NCBI GenBank assembly: GCA_032718475.1
Contig: JAUCBJ010004875.1
Span: forward strand, 1 to 41,490
Source: Nemertoderma westbladi
Lineage: Eukaryota > Animalia > Xenacoelomorpha
DNA: 41,490 bases
Reading direction: 5' to 3'
Shown: in pieces, positions 12,748 through 24,959 of the stretch
Numbering within the stretch: the stretch's first letter is position 1
Layout of the letters: every line of letters starts with the position of its first letter
Notes under the pieces: model-generated
What the model saw: the letters and a program-made list of their open reading frames with translations, nothing else
Database searches by the model: none
What the model was told of the DNA's origin: nothing
Position numbers and translations under genes: made by a program

Positions 12748-12896
12748 TCTCACACGTAACATCTTGTTTCTGAAACATGTTGCTGGACTACTCACACGCG
12801 AGAAACTTGTGCAGGACCTCTCACACGTGTGAAACTTGTTTCTGGGCCTCTCACACATGTGAAACGTGTTGCTGGACCTCTCACACGTGTGAAATT
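12748..12896. repeat. ~30-bp tandem repeat (TCACACGTGTGAAACTTGTTGCTGGACCTC), ~5 copies, probable MITE remnant
   Basis: Direct repeats; related motifs recur at 13250-13390. Confidence 0.75.
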
Positions 12897-13470
12897 GTAG
12901 CTAAAGAATGAAAATACTAATAATCTCGAAATAAATAGTTCAAAATAAACATGTTCATCCCAGTTATATATTTTATTAACAAAAATTCAAAGTAAAAGAT
13001 TATAGTTCTTAATCTTAAGATTAAATTAAATCTTTTACTGCCTTGAGTAAAATAATAATATAATATAATATAATAAAATAAATAAATAAATAAATATGCT
13101 ATATAATAGGATAAAACTAAGTAGAGTCCCATTTATATATAATATCAAATTAAAATAAATATATACAATATCAAAATAATTGGCTTGTATAAAAATGGGA
13201 TATCATAGAAGTTTTAAAAAAAGTTCCTGGAAATATAACTTTTCAAAAATGTTGCAGAAACTTGTTGCTGGACTCCTCACACACAGAAACGTTTGTTGTG
13301 CAATGTTTCTGAGTGTGTCAGCAACTTATTGCTGACCCACTTACAAGTTGCAGAAACAAGAAACAAAGCAGAAACTAAGCCACAGTGTGAAACAATAAAT
13401 TTTTGATTTTAACATTTCTTAAATTGTTGTTTATATTTTTTAATCGCTGCTATGACAGTTATGCCTTACA

Positions 13471-16400
13471 CAGGGTGGTCCTTATTTTGGAAGGTCGGAA
13501 TTTATCACCTCTGACCCTCTCGGATGTTTCAATTTCGTCAAAAAAAATAGGACATGCGAAATTTTAAAAATTCACACCAAATATTAGAGGTTGCTCAAAC
13601 ACCCTGAAGTTGAGCATCTGGTCACCGTTTGATTGCGCGCTACAAATATAATGGAAATTGCAGATATTAATACTTCTGGTTGTCGTACAGAGTTAATTCT
13701 GGGGTTATTTGAACCGCAATTATCGATTTAGTGGGTGTAGAAACCTTCAAAATAAGTGTTGAGTTAGTAGTTCTTGAGATCTCACACAAAAGGTTAAACC
13801 TGGCACAAGTCATCCATCAATCAATCAATCAATTGATTGCGCCAAGGACATATTGAAATATTGGCAGTAACATTTTGTAGACCTACTTCCCTATGTCTTA
13901 TTGAAGTTATTCTCGATTTCAGCAGTAGGTCTACCTACCTATCTGTATTTCTGTATTGTACAGTGTACATTAATAGGCCTAATTATTATTGTGATTGATC
14001 TGATTCTGATTTCACTGGGTTCTGTATATATAATGGAAATGCGATCAAAGGATTTCCTGTAAATACTATAACTAATATTGAAGGAAGCAAACTGCCATCA
14101 GCGATGCAAGCTCTCGGACTTTTATTATACTGACATAATGAGTTACATGAGGATATCCGAATAGCAGCCTTACATACAATTGAACCTGTTGAAGAATTTC
14201 GGTTGCGGGCAAGAATTCCAACCAAGCATCACCAAGATTCAATAAAAAAGCTTGAGGGACTCTTCCATGAAAGGAAGGCTTTGAAGAAGAATATGCATCG
14301 ACATTCCGATTCTCAAGTTAGGAATGAGGCAAAGTTCACCTCAAAATTTTAGAGTTGTTTGATGTAGTGTATGCTGACACCATGGAATTAATTGAACATG
14401 AAGAGGACCACCTCTTTCTTGAATAGCAGCAAAAGAAGAGAAGGCCAGGCACAATGGGTGTGGTTGATAAGATGCTTGCCAAAAAAACAGCAGATTAAAG
14501 TTAATTAAGAAAAGATAATGAAGAGGAGATGGAATCAAATGTGTGAGGAGAAAATGACATCACTAGAAACGGTAGAACTAGAAAGTAGCATCTCTGCTAC
14601 TCTTTCATAGAGCGATTGTTCTACTCAAAGTGGAACTCAAGCACATTGTAGCACAAGCAGTGGGGCTCTGATCCGAAAAAAAGGACGCCAACAAGTCATT
14701 TCTCCAGATATGTGTGATATGCTGGAAAGAAATACATTGAGTGATCGAGTTGCAATGATGGTGATCCTGGAAAGTGCAAGGTCACCCGGAAAAGATCCAG
14801 CGGAGCTCGCCCTAAATAGAAGCACTGTACTCCGCAAGCGAATTCTGTACCGAAAAGAGTAGCTGGTGGTAAAAAAAAAAATTACAAACCAGATACAGCA
14901 CTTACAGTTCACTGGGATGGCAAGTTAATGAACGACCTAACCTGTATGGAGAAGGTTGACAGGTTGCCTATACTGGTGGTGATGATGGTCGTCTGATGGT
15001 GGTCACCAGTCATGGGAGCTAAAAGGTTACTGGAAATCCCTAAGTTTCCTAATGGAACTGGGCAAGCGATGGCCCAAGCAGTGTACAATGCAATTCGGGA
15101 ATTGGGAGTTGAGGACTTGGTGAGAGCAATGTGCTTTGAAATAATGAGTACAATACTGGCATACATGCTGGTGCTTGTGTTCTTCTTGAACAGAACAGAT
15201 GTTGGGGCGGGATCTGCTGCACTGGATCTGTTGCCAACACCACATTATGGAATTGATCTTGGGAGCTGTTTTCACTGAGTGCGTGGGGCCTTCAAATGGA
15301 CCAGATGTTCTACTGTTCAAGCAGTTTCAAGCTAAGTGGCCATTCATATCTCATGGTAAGTATCAAAATATCTTTTCAGATGAGGTTGCAACAGCTGCAC
15401 TGGATGATGGTGTTCATGAAGAGATCATTGCTTTTAGTAAATAATAACTAGAAGACCACCAACATTGAGAAGACTATCGTGAGCTGCTAGAACTTATCCT
15501 GATATTTCTGGGAGTTATTCCTGTAATGTAGTATTACAAATTATATCAATTATGAATTGTTATATTTATATAGTATTTTAATTAAATCTTCCTACTATTA
15601 GTTACTATACATTTTACTACTATATTTTATCCTATTAGGTCTACATCAAATCCTGGTTCCTCTGACAGCTGACATCCAGTGCAGCTCGGATCAACCTCGA
15701 GCTCCTCCAGGCGCTATGTGTATACCCTGACAAAGCAATCAGCAAGGTTGCTTCTCACAAATTGGCTGGCCATTTGTGGTACCTGAGTCAAGATTTAATT
15801 CTCATTAGTCTCTTTGATGAAACTGTCAGTAATGACATTAAAAGGTATATGGTTGCATCTTCAACACAGAAGGGGGGAGAAGAAGATCCACCAAAGCATG
15901 CAGTTGTATATTTGGCACAAGTGCACAAACTTTCACTGTTTAGCTTTGTGACCAAGCGAAGTAGAAGGATCTTTGTGGTGCTACGAATATCAGACAGTTT
16001 TCTTGATGATGAGGAAGACCCAGGGAAATGGGGTGCTATGGATGATTCAAAGCAGCCCAGGGTATAGTGTACTCCTTACTTCCAATAAATGATCATGCAG
16101 AGCGTGAAGTTTCTATGATCCAAGAAGTAACTCGCTCAGGCCGGTATCGAAGTGAGGAGCAACTGCAATTCGCAGCACAGGTTGTGAATCTACCTTACTA
16201 CCTTAATACAAGGGAAATCCAGTCTCATGAAGCAGCATGCTTCATAGACTTGATCATTATACACTAGCTAGTAGACTCAGTATAAACTAAGTTTCTACAA
16301 GTAAGCTTATATTTATATATTGCACTTGTAAAATTCACGTCTTTGAGCTTCCTCTAAATATATATCATTTGTGCTCAAATTTTACTCAAGTTGTTTTTCC

Positions 16401-16500
16401 ATCAGAAGGGAGGACTTGGGGGGGGGGGGGGGGGGGGGGGTGCGGGTAGAGGTGAATTTCCACAACTTAAACATTTTACATTGAAATAAGGACCAACCTT
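13471..16500 (+). mobile_element. Degenerate hAT-superfamily (hATm-like) DNA transposon
   Basis: TIRs AGGGTGGTCCTTATTT (13472) and AAATAAGGACCAACCT (ends 16499), 1 mismatch; TSD not clean. Confidence 0.8.
14030..16200 (+). pseudogene. Frameshifted hATm-like transposase
   Basis: Fragments VHWDGKLM, EKVDRLPIL, KRLLEIPK-PNGTG, AMCF, GRDLL..CCQHHIMEL, GPDVLLFKQF, HLWYLS, INDHAER, with many stops and frameshifts. Confidence 0.85.
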
Positions 16501-16605
16501 ATACACTTCATTTATATAAGGCAGTAGTGGTTATTAAATATTTCTTGTAAGTATTCGATCATATCATTATTCGATTCAATATTAGATTTAATCTATTTGC
16601 TGCAG

Positions 16606-16760
16606 AGTCTCCCAGTGGCGGCAATAAGAGGCCCAACCTACGCAGCAAACAACGAGATTGTCTACGTTGCTTTAGTGCAAACCTCACCTACTTACGACTC
16701 CCTTGGTTACAAACTGTATCCCAGTTATGACGACTTCATGAATTCATCAAATAATACCAA
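16606..16760 (+). CDS. PACC1/TMEM206-like, exon B (phase 0 to 2)
   Basis: TGCAG acceptor, GTAAGT donor; SLPVAAIRGPTYAANNEIVYVALVQTSPTYDSLGYKLYPSYDDFMNSS matches recalled ALIVQGP..RELVFL..FSAIDYLLFSSFQEFLQS. Confidence 0.88.
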
Positions 16761-16841
16761 GTAAGTTCTCAATAATAATATATGTAAAGCGGGAATATAA
16801 ATAATTAATGTTGAAATAGACATCCTCTAGTTTATTTATAG

Positions 16842-17014
16842 TTACGACATCTGTCGCTGGGACCAGCACACTAAAGCTGCTTTCACACAAGTCAAACCAA
16901 ACAAAGTCACCTTTCATCAAACGGGAAGAAACCTATTCAGTACATCTTCCCGATTACAAAAATCAGGATCACTATTTAATTGGGATTCTTTTAGACATGT
17001 TATGAAGATTAATG
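16842..17014 (+). CDS. PACC1/TMEM206-like, exon C (phase 2 to 1)
   Basis: 81-bp intron ending TTTATAG; open frame YDICRWDQHTKAAF...RHVMKIN; donor GTAAGA. Confidence 0.72.
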
Positions 17015-17453
17015 GTAAGAAGACAAGCCATATTTTTAAAAATTTATTGTTACATCTGGAAAATTATGAATCCTTGAATATGTTCCCTTGACCCTTGAAT
17101 CTCAATGATTTGTTTGTTGATTTCCGAATTTCATCTTTTGGTAAAGTTATAAAATGATGGGAAGAAAAACGATCGGCAAACCGTACTTGTAACATATCAC
17201 ATCTAAGTCGATCCCATAAGACATGGAAAAATTCGTTAACTTTTTATGGTACAGCTTTAGGAATAATATTTGCCCAATGGTTGTTTAGTGCGTATTGACA
17301 AAAGGGTCTCAATACCAAGCCAAGACTTTATTTCACTATAGTCAAACACGAAATATTTGTGGACCGCAAATCATTGGGGTATTGATTGGGTAAAGCCATT
17401 ACTCTGCTGAAGGTCCCCTGGGCACAAGGCAGAGTAAATAGCCCAAAGGGAAA

Positions 17454-17797
17454 TTGAGCCACTGTTGACACAATTGCATCAGATAATACCTGTAACAACA
17501 CCAATACTCTTATGTGTTATTCTACACTGTCCAATTTCTATCTCCCGATTGGGAAATATATCCAGTTTAATCAATACTAATTCCATTTCGATGAAGGTTG
17601 AACACCTAAAGCAATTTCCAAGGATTTGAGCCACTGTTGACACAATTGCATCAGATAATACCTGTAACAACACCAATACTCTTATGTGTTATTCTACACT
17701 GTCCAATTTCTATCTCCCGATTGGGAAATATATCCAGTTTAATCAATACTAATTCCATTTCGATGAAGGTTGAACACCTAAAGCAATTTCCAAGGAT
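17454..17797. repeat. 172-bp direct tandem duplication
   Basis: 17454-17625 repeats at 17626-17797 with no difference seen. Confidence 0.95.
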
Positions 17798-18540
17798 ATT
17801 ATCATATCTGCCTCATGTATTGAAATATAATAGTGTTGTTTTATCGTATTCAGTTTTGATTATATATCAACTGCTTCCTCCTCATTATTATGACCATGAT
17901 GTCTTCTTTTTAGAGAGATAGATAGAAACGCCCATTCCTTAACAAAAATCCTATTAAAATATTGTTTATTGACAGCTCAACCTCAATTCATTTAATTAAT
18001 ATAATTACATATGCCTACCAGCAACACATATATGTATTTGTCGTTCCCCCTTGTTTCACTCTAACATACTTGATGCCGATATTACGCTGCACCTTAAGAC
18101 TGCCTGTCCGATATAAGTGGACTTCATTAGAAAGCAAGTGTCAGGACAAGTGGCTGAAATGGTTAGCGCTACTGGTTAGCGCTACTAAACGCGCGTATAG
18201 CACTTGCTCAACAGCTAGTGACGTGCGTCCTCGTTTGTTTCCATTTCTAAATGGTTTTAATAATAATTGGCCTGTCCTTGGCTTGGCCTCCTGATAATGC
18301 CTTCCTTCGTGAGACGAAACCTACCAGTCATCTGGCTGACGTCAGCTGATCACTGATTGCATGCAACCGTCTAAGGTCCAGTTGCCAGATCATATGCCCA
18401 CAGCCCGTACGATTAAATTTCAGAATTAGTTTATCCATAAACACAAGGGTTCGTAGGCCTTTATAGGCTTTATGTATACTTTTAATTATATCCAAATCAG
18501 CTAAGTTTCTTAACAAAGCTAAATTAATTATAAGACTTAA

Positions 18541-18695
18541 GCCTGGTTTACAGAAACAGAATCACTTCGTGGTGACAGCGTGGTGGTTCGCGTTACATTT
18601 TGAATGCACTTTGACAGCTGCAACCAAAAACCGCAACGAAGCTGTCACAGCTCTACCACCGCGCTGTCACCACGAAGTGTATCTGTGAACCGGGA
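18541..18695. mobile_element. ~155-bp MITE (Harbinger-like ends)
   Basis: GCCTGGTTTACAGA..CACTTCGTGGTGACAGCG versus CGCTGTCACCACGAAGTG..TCTGTGAACCGGGA, with TTAA on both sides. Confidence 0.75.
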
Positions 18696-19005
18696 TTAAG
18701 ACACAAAATATGTTCCAAAAATACCCCCTCCTATTTTTAAAAGATCCTATTTGGCACTTATATATATCCTAACCCACTGATCAGATGGAAGGAAGGGCTG
18801 TCATAAAGCTCATTTCAATCTCATAAACCTATATCCTCCACCTCCTATAACAGGTGATTGGGTTTACAGTATCACCATTGAGTGTTTCATTTTCCATACA
18901 CTTTTAAATAACCAACCCTGCCTCTCTCTCCAAACGATAAACCGACAATCAAACAAACTTCCTCACCATTTATTTCATAAAGGAAACGAATTACATCATT
19001 AACAG

Positions 19006-19118
19006 AGAAGTCAGTGAGGATTCGCGTTGTAACTAAAGATCAATCCTCAATGGTTGTTATTGAAAAGGAAAAAATTCAGAAGGTCACTGGGGAGATTTCA
19101 ACTGATTTTAAAACCCAG
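19006..19118 (+). CDS. PACC1/TMEM206-like, exon D (phase 1 to 0)
   Basis: AACAG acceptor (weak pyrimidine tract), CAG|GTATGG donor; KSVRIRVVTKDQSSMVVIEKEKIQKVTGEISTDFKTQ fits phases of both neighbours and aligns loosely with recalled TWVKMSLVKTKEEDGREAVEFRQE. Confidence 0.68.
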
Positions 19119-19169
19119 GTATGGTATATGTAAATGGTAATATGGTATATGGTAATTAAAACTTCGAAT

Positions 19170-19690
19170 ATTAGTACTCTCGATATTTTTACTCGCTTTA
19201 TTAGTACTCTCGATATTTTTACTCGCTTTATTAGTACTCTCGATATTTTTACTCGCTTTATTAGTACTCTCGATATTTTTACTCGCTTTATTAGTACTCT
19301 TGATATTTTTACGCGCTTTATTAGTACTCTCGATATTTTTACTCGCTTTATTAGTACTCTCGATATTTTTACTCGCTTTATTAGTACTCTCGATATTTTT
19401 ACGCGCTTTATTAGTACTCTCGATATTTTTACTCGCTTTATTAGTACTCTCGATATTTTTACTCGCTTTATTAGTACTCTCGATATTTTTACTCGCTTTA
19501 TTAGTACTCTCGATATTTTTACTCGCTTTATTAGTACTCTCGATATTTTTACTCGCTTTATTAGTACTCTCGATATTTTTACTCGCTTTATTAGTACTCT
19601 CGATATTTTTACTCGCTTTATTAGTACTCTTGATATTTTTACGCGCTTTATTAGTACTCGCGATATTTTTACTCGCTTTATTAGTACTCT
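19170..19690. repeat. 30-bp minisatellite (ATTAGTACTCTCGATATTTTTACTCGCTTT), ~17 copies
   Basis: Near-perfect copies in register. Confidence 0.99.
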
Positions 19691-19992
19691 TTAGTTTTTC
19701 AGGAATAGTGTAATGATAAACAAACGAATTTCCTTTGTGTGGTTAAATATGGTGGAAACTTTCCATAGCAACAGACAAACTACAGATTTATTGATTGGCC
19801 TCTTTTGTTGAACATACACTAGAGATACCATACCGTACAGTTGGCAGTACTATTTGGCAGTGTGACTATAAATATTCTATGCAAGGTTATCAAAAAAACG
19901 CGATAAGAAAACAAAATAAAAACTTATATTTTGTAATAATATCTATTTAATGTACTCATTATAACGTATTACGATAATAAATTTGTCCGTCT

Positions 19993-21152
19993 GCTACCAC
20001 CACTACTACTACTACTAGGATCGGCATGCTGCATTGCAGCTGCATTTTTAAGAATGCTGTGCCGGCTTGTCAACAAAATTGCACCGCCACAACTCCCTAT
20101 CACCCATGACATTTGCTAGATCATCCGCATCTTTAAGGCCAGTGTCCTTTAAGATGCGTCTCAAGAAAGTCATGGGCTGTCCACCATGCTTATTCACTCC
20201 ATGAGGCTACCAAAGTACAAGATTATGCACTGGCTGGTCCTCACGGCGAAAGCAATGTCCTGCAAAGCGGAGGCGATTTTGTTCTAGTGTCAAGCTTGGG
20301 GGAACCAATGAGACACCTCCAATGTTATATAGTGTCTGGTTGGAGATGTGTGCATTGTACTTGACACAATGAACCCGGCGTAGCATTCTTGTGAATGTGC
20401 CATCCAGAGATTTGGTGTCCTCAGCAGTTAGAGCCCAGCATGGACTCCCGTAGAGGAGTACTGGAACTACTGCTGCTCTAAATAATCGGACCTTAAGTTT
20501 CCGATTAATTCTCGGTGACTTCCAAATCCTGGAAAGCCTATTCAAGGCTGCCCATGCCTTTCCCTTACGTATTCGAAGGTCCTCACCTGACTTCCGGATC
20601 CATGATCCCAGGTAACAGAAGTCGTCCACATGCTCAAGCATACCATCCTTTGAGCTTATGCTCATCCGATCAGAGACTTGCTGAGGACTTTCAAAGTTAA
20701 CTGTCAGAATTTTGGTCTTTCTGGAGTTAATAAAAAGACCAACACTAGAAGCAGCATGTTCTAATGAGCTGAGGAGCCGTTGGGCTCCCTCTAATAATTC
20801 TGAGAGTACTCCTAAGTCATCAGCAAAGTCTAGATCAGTTAGGTACTTGGCAGGATTTCCTCGACTTCTGGAGCCAGTAGGTGGAGTTATCATCACCCCA
20901 TCATCATTATGATGATCTAAGGACATGCGTAGAACATAGTCAACCACAATAATGAACAAGAATGGTGCAAGTGTGTCTCCTTGGAGGACGCCCCATAACA
21001 CTTCAAATGGTTCTGTGTCACCGTCAACAGTAGACACAAATGTTGTCGAACCATCGTATACTGATCTGATTGCTGCAATAATTTCATCAGGAATCCCATA
21101 TAATGAAAGTATGCTGAACATACGTGAGCGAGAGACTGAATCAAATGCTACC
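19993..21152 (-). mobile_element. 5'-truncated non-LTR retrotransposon (RTE group, possibly Proto2-like), RT and C-terminus
   Basis: AFDSVSR, GVLQGDTLAPFLF, LDFADD, YLGS, LLYG, LDGTFTRMLR, RFAGHCFR; one premature stop at 20207; (TAG)n tail near 20002-20018. Confidence 0.92.
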
Positions 21153-21679
21153 ACAAATGAAGTAGGTTTCCATGGTAAGGGTTAAACATTAACAATAAAT
21201 ATCTGATGTAGGCCTACTTTTATCAAATTCGATGTCTTACTAAATATCTAAACGATTCCAATAATTATTCCGTACAGAATGAGCCCAAAATCAGCTCCCT
21301 ACGATAAAAGTCACTTAGTCTTGTTTTATTTATTTGTGCAGTTACTTGCTAGTTTTTGTTTATCTTTTTTATTATTATTTTTGTATTTTATTATTATTAT
21401 TATTTTTTTTAATTATTGAATAGAACTGAATCAACCGATTTTTAATCTACAGCTCTACCGCAAACTGCGCCCAATAAGCCTCAATCATTTAATATTAATA
21501 ATTGTATCATTTTTATAATTTTCATGCTTCTTGTTCACACATAAACATTTGTTTTCTATATTAATTAATTATTTCAAGTACATTTAAACATTGAAATCTG
21601 TATTATACAAAATATTTGAATAAATTATATTTAACAGCTATACAGTAATTATATTTAGTAATTATTTAATTTTATTATA

Positions 21680-22165
21680 TAGATAGATAGATTTATTTAT
21701 ACATTATGTAAAAACAATAACAAATACACCAAACAATGTACTGGTATAAAGGTATTGTCCAACATAACATATAGGATTACCCCTAAAGCTTTGCAGCTTA
21801 TTTCCAAGGGGGTCCTTTATGTTACTTGGTTACAAATACAATATTACACTACGCTAACCTAAAACCAATATAAAACGTAATTACACTATGATTGTACATG
21901 TACAACTTTACCGAGAGCGTGACAATGCCCGACTCAACGATAAAGATGTAATGTACAGAACAATTTATTATAAAACGTAATTACAGTATAAATAGTAAAT
22001 AATTAATAAACTAATAACTTACTGTAGGACTATTGTACCTATTTTTACATTGCACACGGAGGTGAGATTTAACTGCAGATTTAAAAGAATGTTGATTATT
22101 TAGGTTTTTAATTTCATTAGGCAGAGCGTTCCAATTTTTAATACCATTAAAAAAGAAAGTATCAG
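21680..22165 (-). mobile_element. CR1/L2-group LINE 3' end
   Basis: Minus strand FFNGIKNWNALPNEIKNLNNQHSFKSAVKSHL, 3' UTR and AATAAA/(TCTA)n tail. Confidence 0.8.
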
Positions 22166-22393
22166 ATTCGGATATCAGATATCGGAAAGTATCAGATATT
22201 ATTAATTATTTAATTTTATTTATGTATAATATGTGTCGCAGTGTCGGTACAGCATTTCCATTTAGGTTACAAGTGTCCATCAGTTATAGGCTCATTATAA
22301 TGATATAATTCAGTTATATAACTCTACAGTTATCTGATAGAATGTCCTCTAATGACTGCAACTCTATTTGTTCCTTTAAACTTTTTGTTTCAG

Positions 22394-22696
22394 GTTTTAC
22401 CGTTTGAGTCGCAGTACAAGACGAACGAGACGTTCACATTGAGCAATGGAACCGGAGTCGGGCCAGTTCGGGCCGTCATCGAGTGTCTGTTTATCTTCCA
22501 GGACGGGACAGTGACCGAACTCAAAGAGGTCTACGCGATGTCCATATGGACTACCTTGGCCATCGTGTTTACCGCGTTGCTAACATTACACAGGGCCTAC
22601 ACCCTACTAACCGTGTTCATTCAGAAAGTAGAGAAGAACAACGAACGTAGAATGACTGGGTATTCCGCGTCTAGGCAATTCCAAAGGAAGAGATAG
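22394..22696 (+). CDS. PACC1/TMEM206-like, terminal exon E with TM2 and basic tail
   Basis: TTTGTTTCAG acceptor; LFIFQDGTVTELKEVYAMSIWTTLAIVFTALLTLHRA aligns gap-free with recalled VFEWKDPFIQKVQDIVTANPWNTIALLCGAFLALFKA; stop TAG at 22694-22696. Confidence 0.88.
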   Translation, partial: VLPFESQYKTNETFTLSNGTGVGPVRAVIECLFIFQDGTVTELKEVYAMSIWTTLAIVFTALLTLHRAYTLLTVFIQKVEKNNERRMTGYSASRQFQRKR

Positions 22697-23309
22697 ACTG
22701 CCAACTGGACGGGGTTGTAGATTACTGTATGTCAGGAGTCTTCTTCTTGATACTGCATTATTGATAAATATAGATAGACTTTACTAATTATTAATGATGT
22801 ATTGATGTCTTCAGAATTGGATAAAATTAGTAAGCACGTTAGAGGGTTGAACTAAACCAGCGTCATACGGTACTATTTTATCCTATTGGGCCATATAAGT
22901 AGGCCTACCGCTAGCCAGTTCAGCCACTCCCTCTGACACTTCTTTACTCATTTAATCACATTTTATATATAATTTTTAAGTATTCTAATTGTTAACAACT
23001 TTTTGTTATGTGTTGTTTTGGCATATATATACGGAAAAGGCTGAATAAGTAACAAGACCTCACCACCTGTAACTACTGATTAAATTTATGATTAACAATT
23101 ATTACATCAGTTGACAAATTTTAAAAACGGTATGATATATAGTGAAGTCAGGACCTAGAGCTAACGAAAAAAATGAAAGTAAAAGTACAAATATGTTTGA
23201 TATCATCAAATACAATGCATTGGTTACTTCCAAAGCAGAATCCAAACAAATATTTAGCTAATAAATTAAATAACACAATGTGATGGATTTTTCAATATTC
23301 CAAAAGAAT

Positions 23310-23420
23310 AACAAAGAAATTCTGTCATTATGGTATGTTAACAAAGAAACTCTGTCTTTATGGTATGTTAACAAAGAAACTCTGTCTTTATGGTATGTTA
23401 ACAAAGAAACTCTGTCTTTA
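23310..23420. repeat. 30-bp tandem repeat (AACAAAGAAACTCTGTCTTTATGGTATGTT), ~3.7 copies
   Basis: Directly visible. Confidence 0.92.
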
Positions 23421-24959
23421 GATGCTGATTGGTGTTGTAGAAGATCAAGTGAGATTACTCCCGGATCTATTATTCCACGAAGTAGATTACAAACAAACTT
23501 GCAAACTTCGCCTCGTTGCTTCCTAATAAAGACAACAATAATATTTATAGAAACATTACATTTATTACAATATTGCATTAAGATTAAAATCAGATAAAGT
23601 ATTATATATATATCCCGGATTACGCCCCGGTGGCTATTATTGGTAAAATTGTCTGGCTTAGAGAGGTCATAATTATAGACATGTGGTAAATATAAACATG
23701 GTTAACATACAAATCCAGTTAAAATTGACGATATACGATATAGGGACAATATAGGTGGCTATAACATGTAAAATGGCAGAACTTCTAGAGGAACATGTGG
23801 TAAATAAAAATTAAAAGGTTGGTAAAAGGGTAACACCAGGACTTCTAAAATATTATAAAATGCACCAATCCAGTTAAAATAATGACTGTATATAATGGTA
23901 GCGTACAATCATTGTGTTATAGGTAAAATGGTAGGAAATATATTATGGTAAGACCAAGGATATATTAAATATATAAAAGATAAAAAGAAAATTTATTATT
24001 ATTATTATACCCTAGCAATACAATATCAAACGACCCTCCAATTTTATTTATAGGTGTGACCTTATAACAAAACAAATTAAGTAGAACCATGAATCTAGTG
24101 CTGTACTGTAGTAAGTAGTATGCGGTATTATGCAGCAAGTGGAAGTCAGAGTGCTGGAACTTGTTAAAGGTCAATAATAAAATAATAGATGTGTATCTCC
24201 TGGAACTGGTTAGTACACCCTGGAGTATTCTCCAGGAAGAAATGGAAAGCAAAGTAGGAAGAATTGAGGATTCACAAAAATAAATAAGTGGAATAAGTGG
24301 GTGGGAATGTACAGACAGCCAGGTCAGGCTTAACAAAAAAAATACGTGCTACCACCATGTAATCAACACTTGGCTTGCTGTATTGAAATGTGCATTAAGA
24401 AGGTTATGCCGGCTTGTCAATAAATTTGCAACATTGAATTGAATATATTGAATATTGAATATATATTTATTTTCCACATTAAGATAATTATAAAATAATG
24501 CAAACACTTACATACAAGGGCCACAACCAACTGCAAAAAATAATGTACTCAACTACACAATGTGGTACAATTCAAATACATGAGAAAGTAATTAATAATA
24601 ATGGAATTAGTTGGTATAAGGAAGGGACTCGTATGTGTGAAAATGTGGGGGGTGGGGGGGGGGGGGGGGGGGGGGGTAGGGAGCTGCGACTTTTTGTTCG
24701 ATATAAAATTAATTTAAATATGATGTTAAATGTTGATGCAATATTATTTCACTGTGATTATTTTCATATAATATTATTGATATTTGTTTATATTTGCGAA
24801 AGCTAAAATAGACTTGAGTTTGAATTGAATGAATTAACTGAATACAACATAGTATTGCACAATAAATAATTAAATAATTGAATAATTAATTAAAGGGGAT
24901 TTAAAGAGTAATTAGAAGGCTTAAAGAAAAAGGTTTCATAAACCTAAGGATGAAAAAAA

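Noticed and set aside
19134-19713. ORFs of (ISTLDIFTRF)n and (IFLLALLVLS)n
   Set aside because: Artefact of a stop-free 30-bp repeat inside a predicted intron.
23200-23600. ORFs 23258-23578 and 23280-23597 as genes
   Set aside because: Built around a 30-bp repeat; at most a badly decayed LINE endonuclease remnant.
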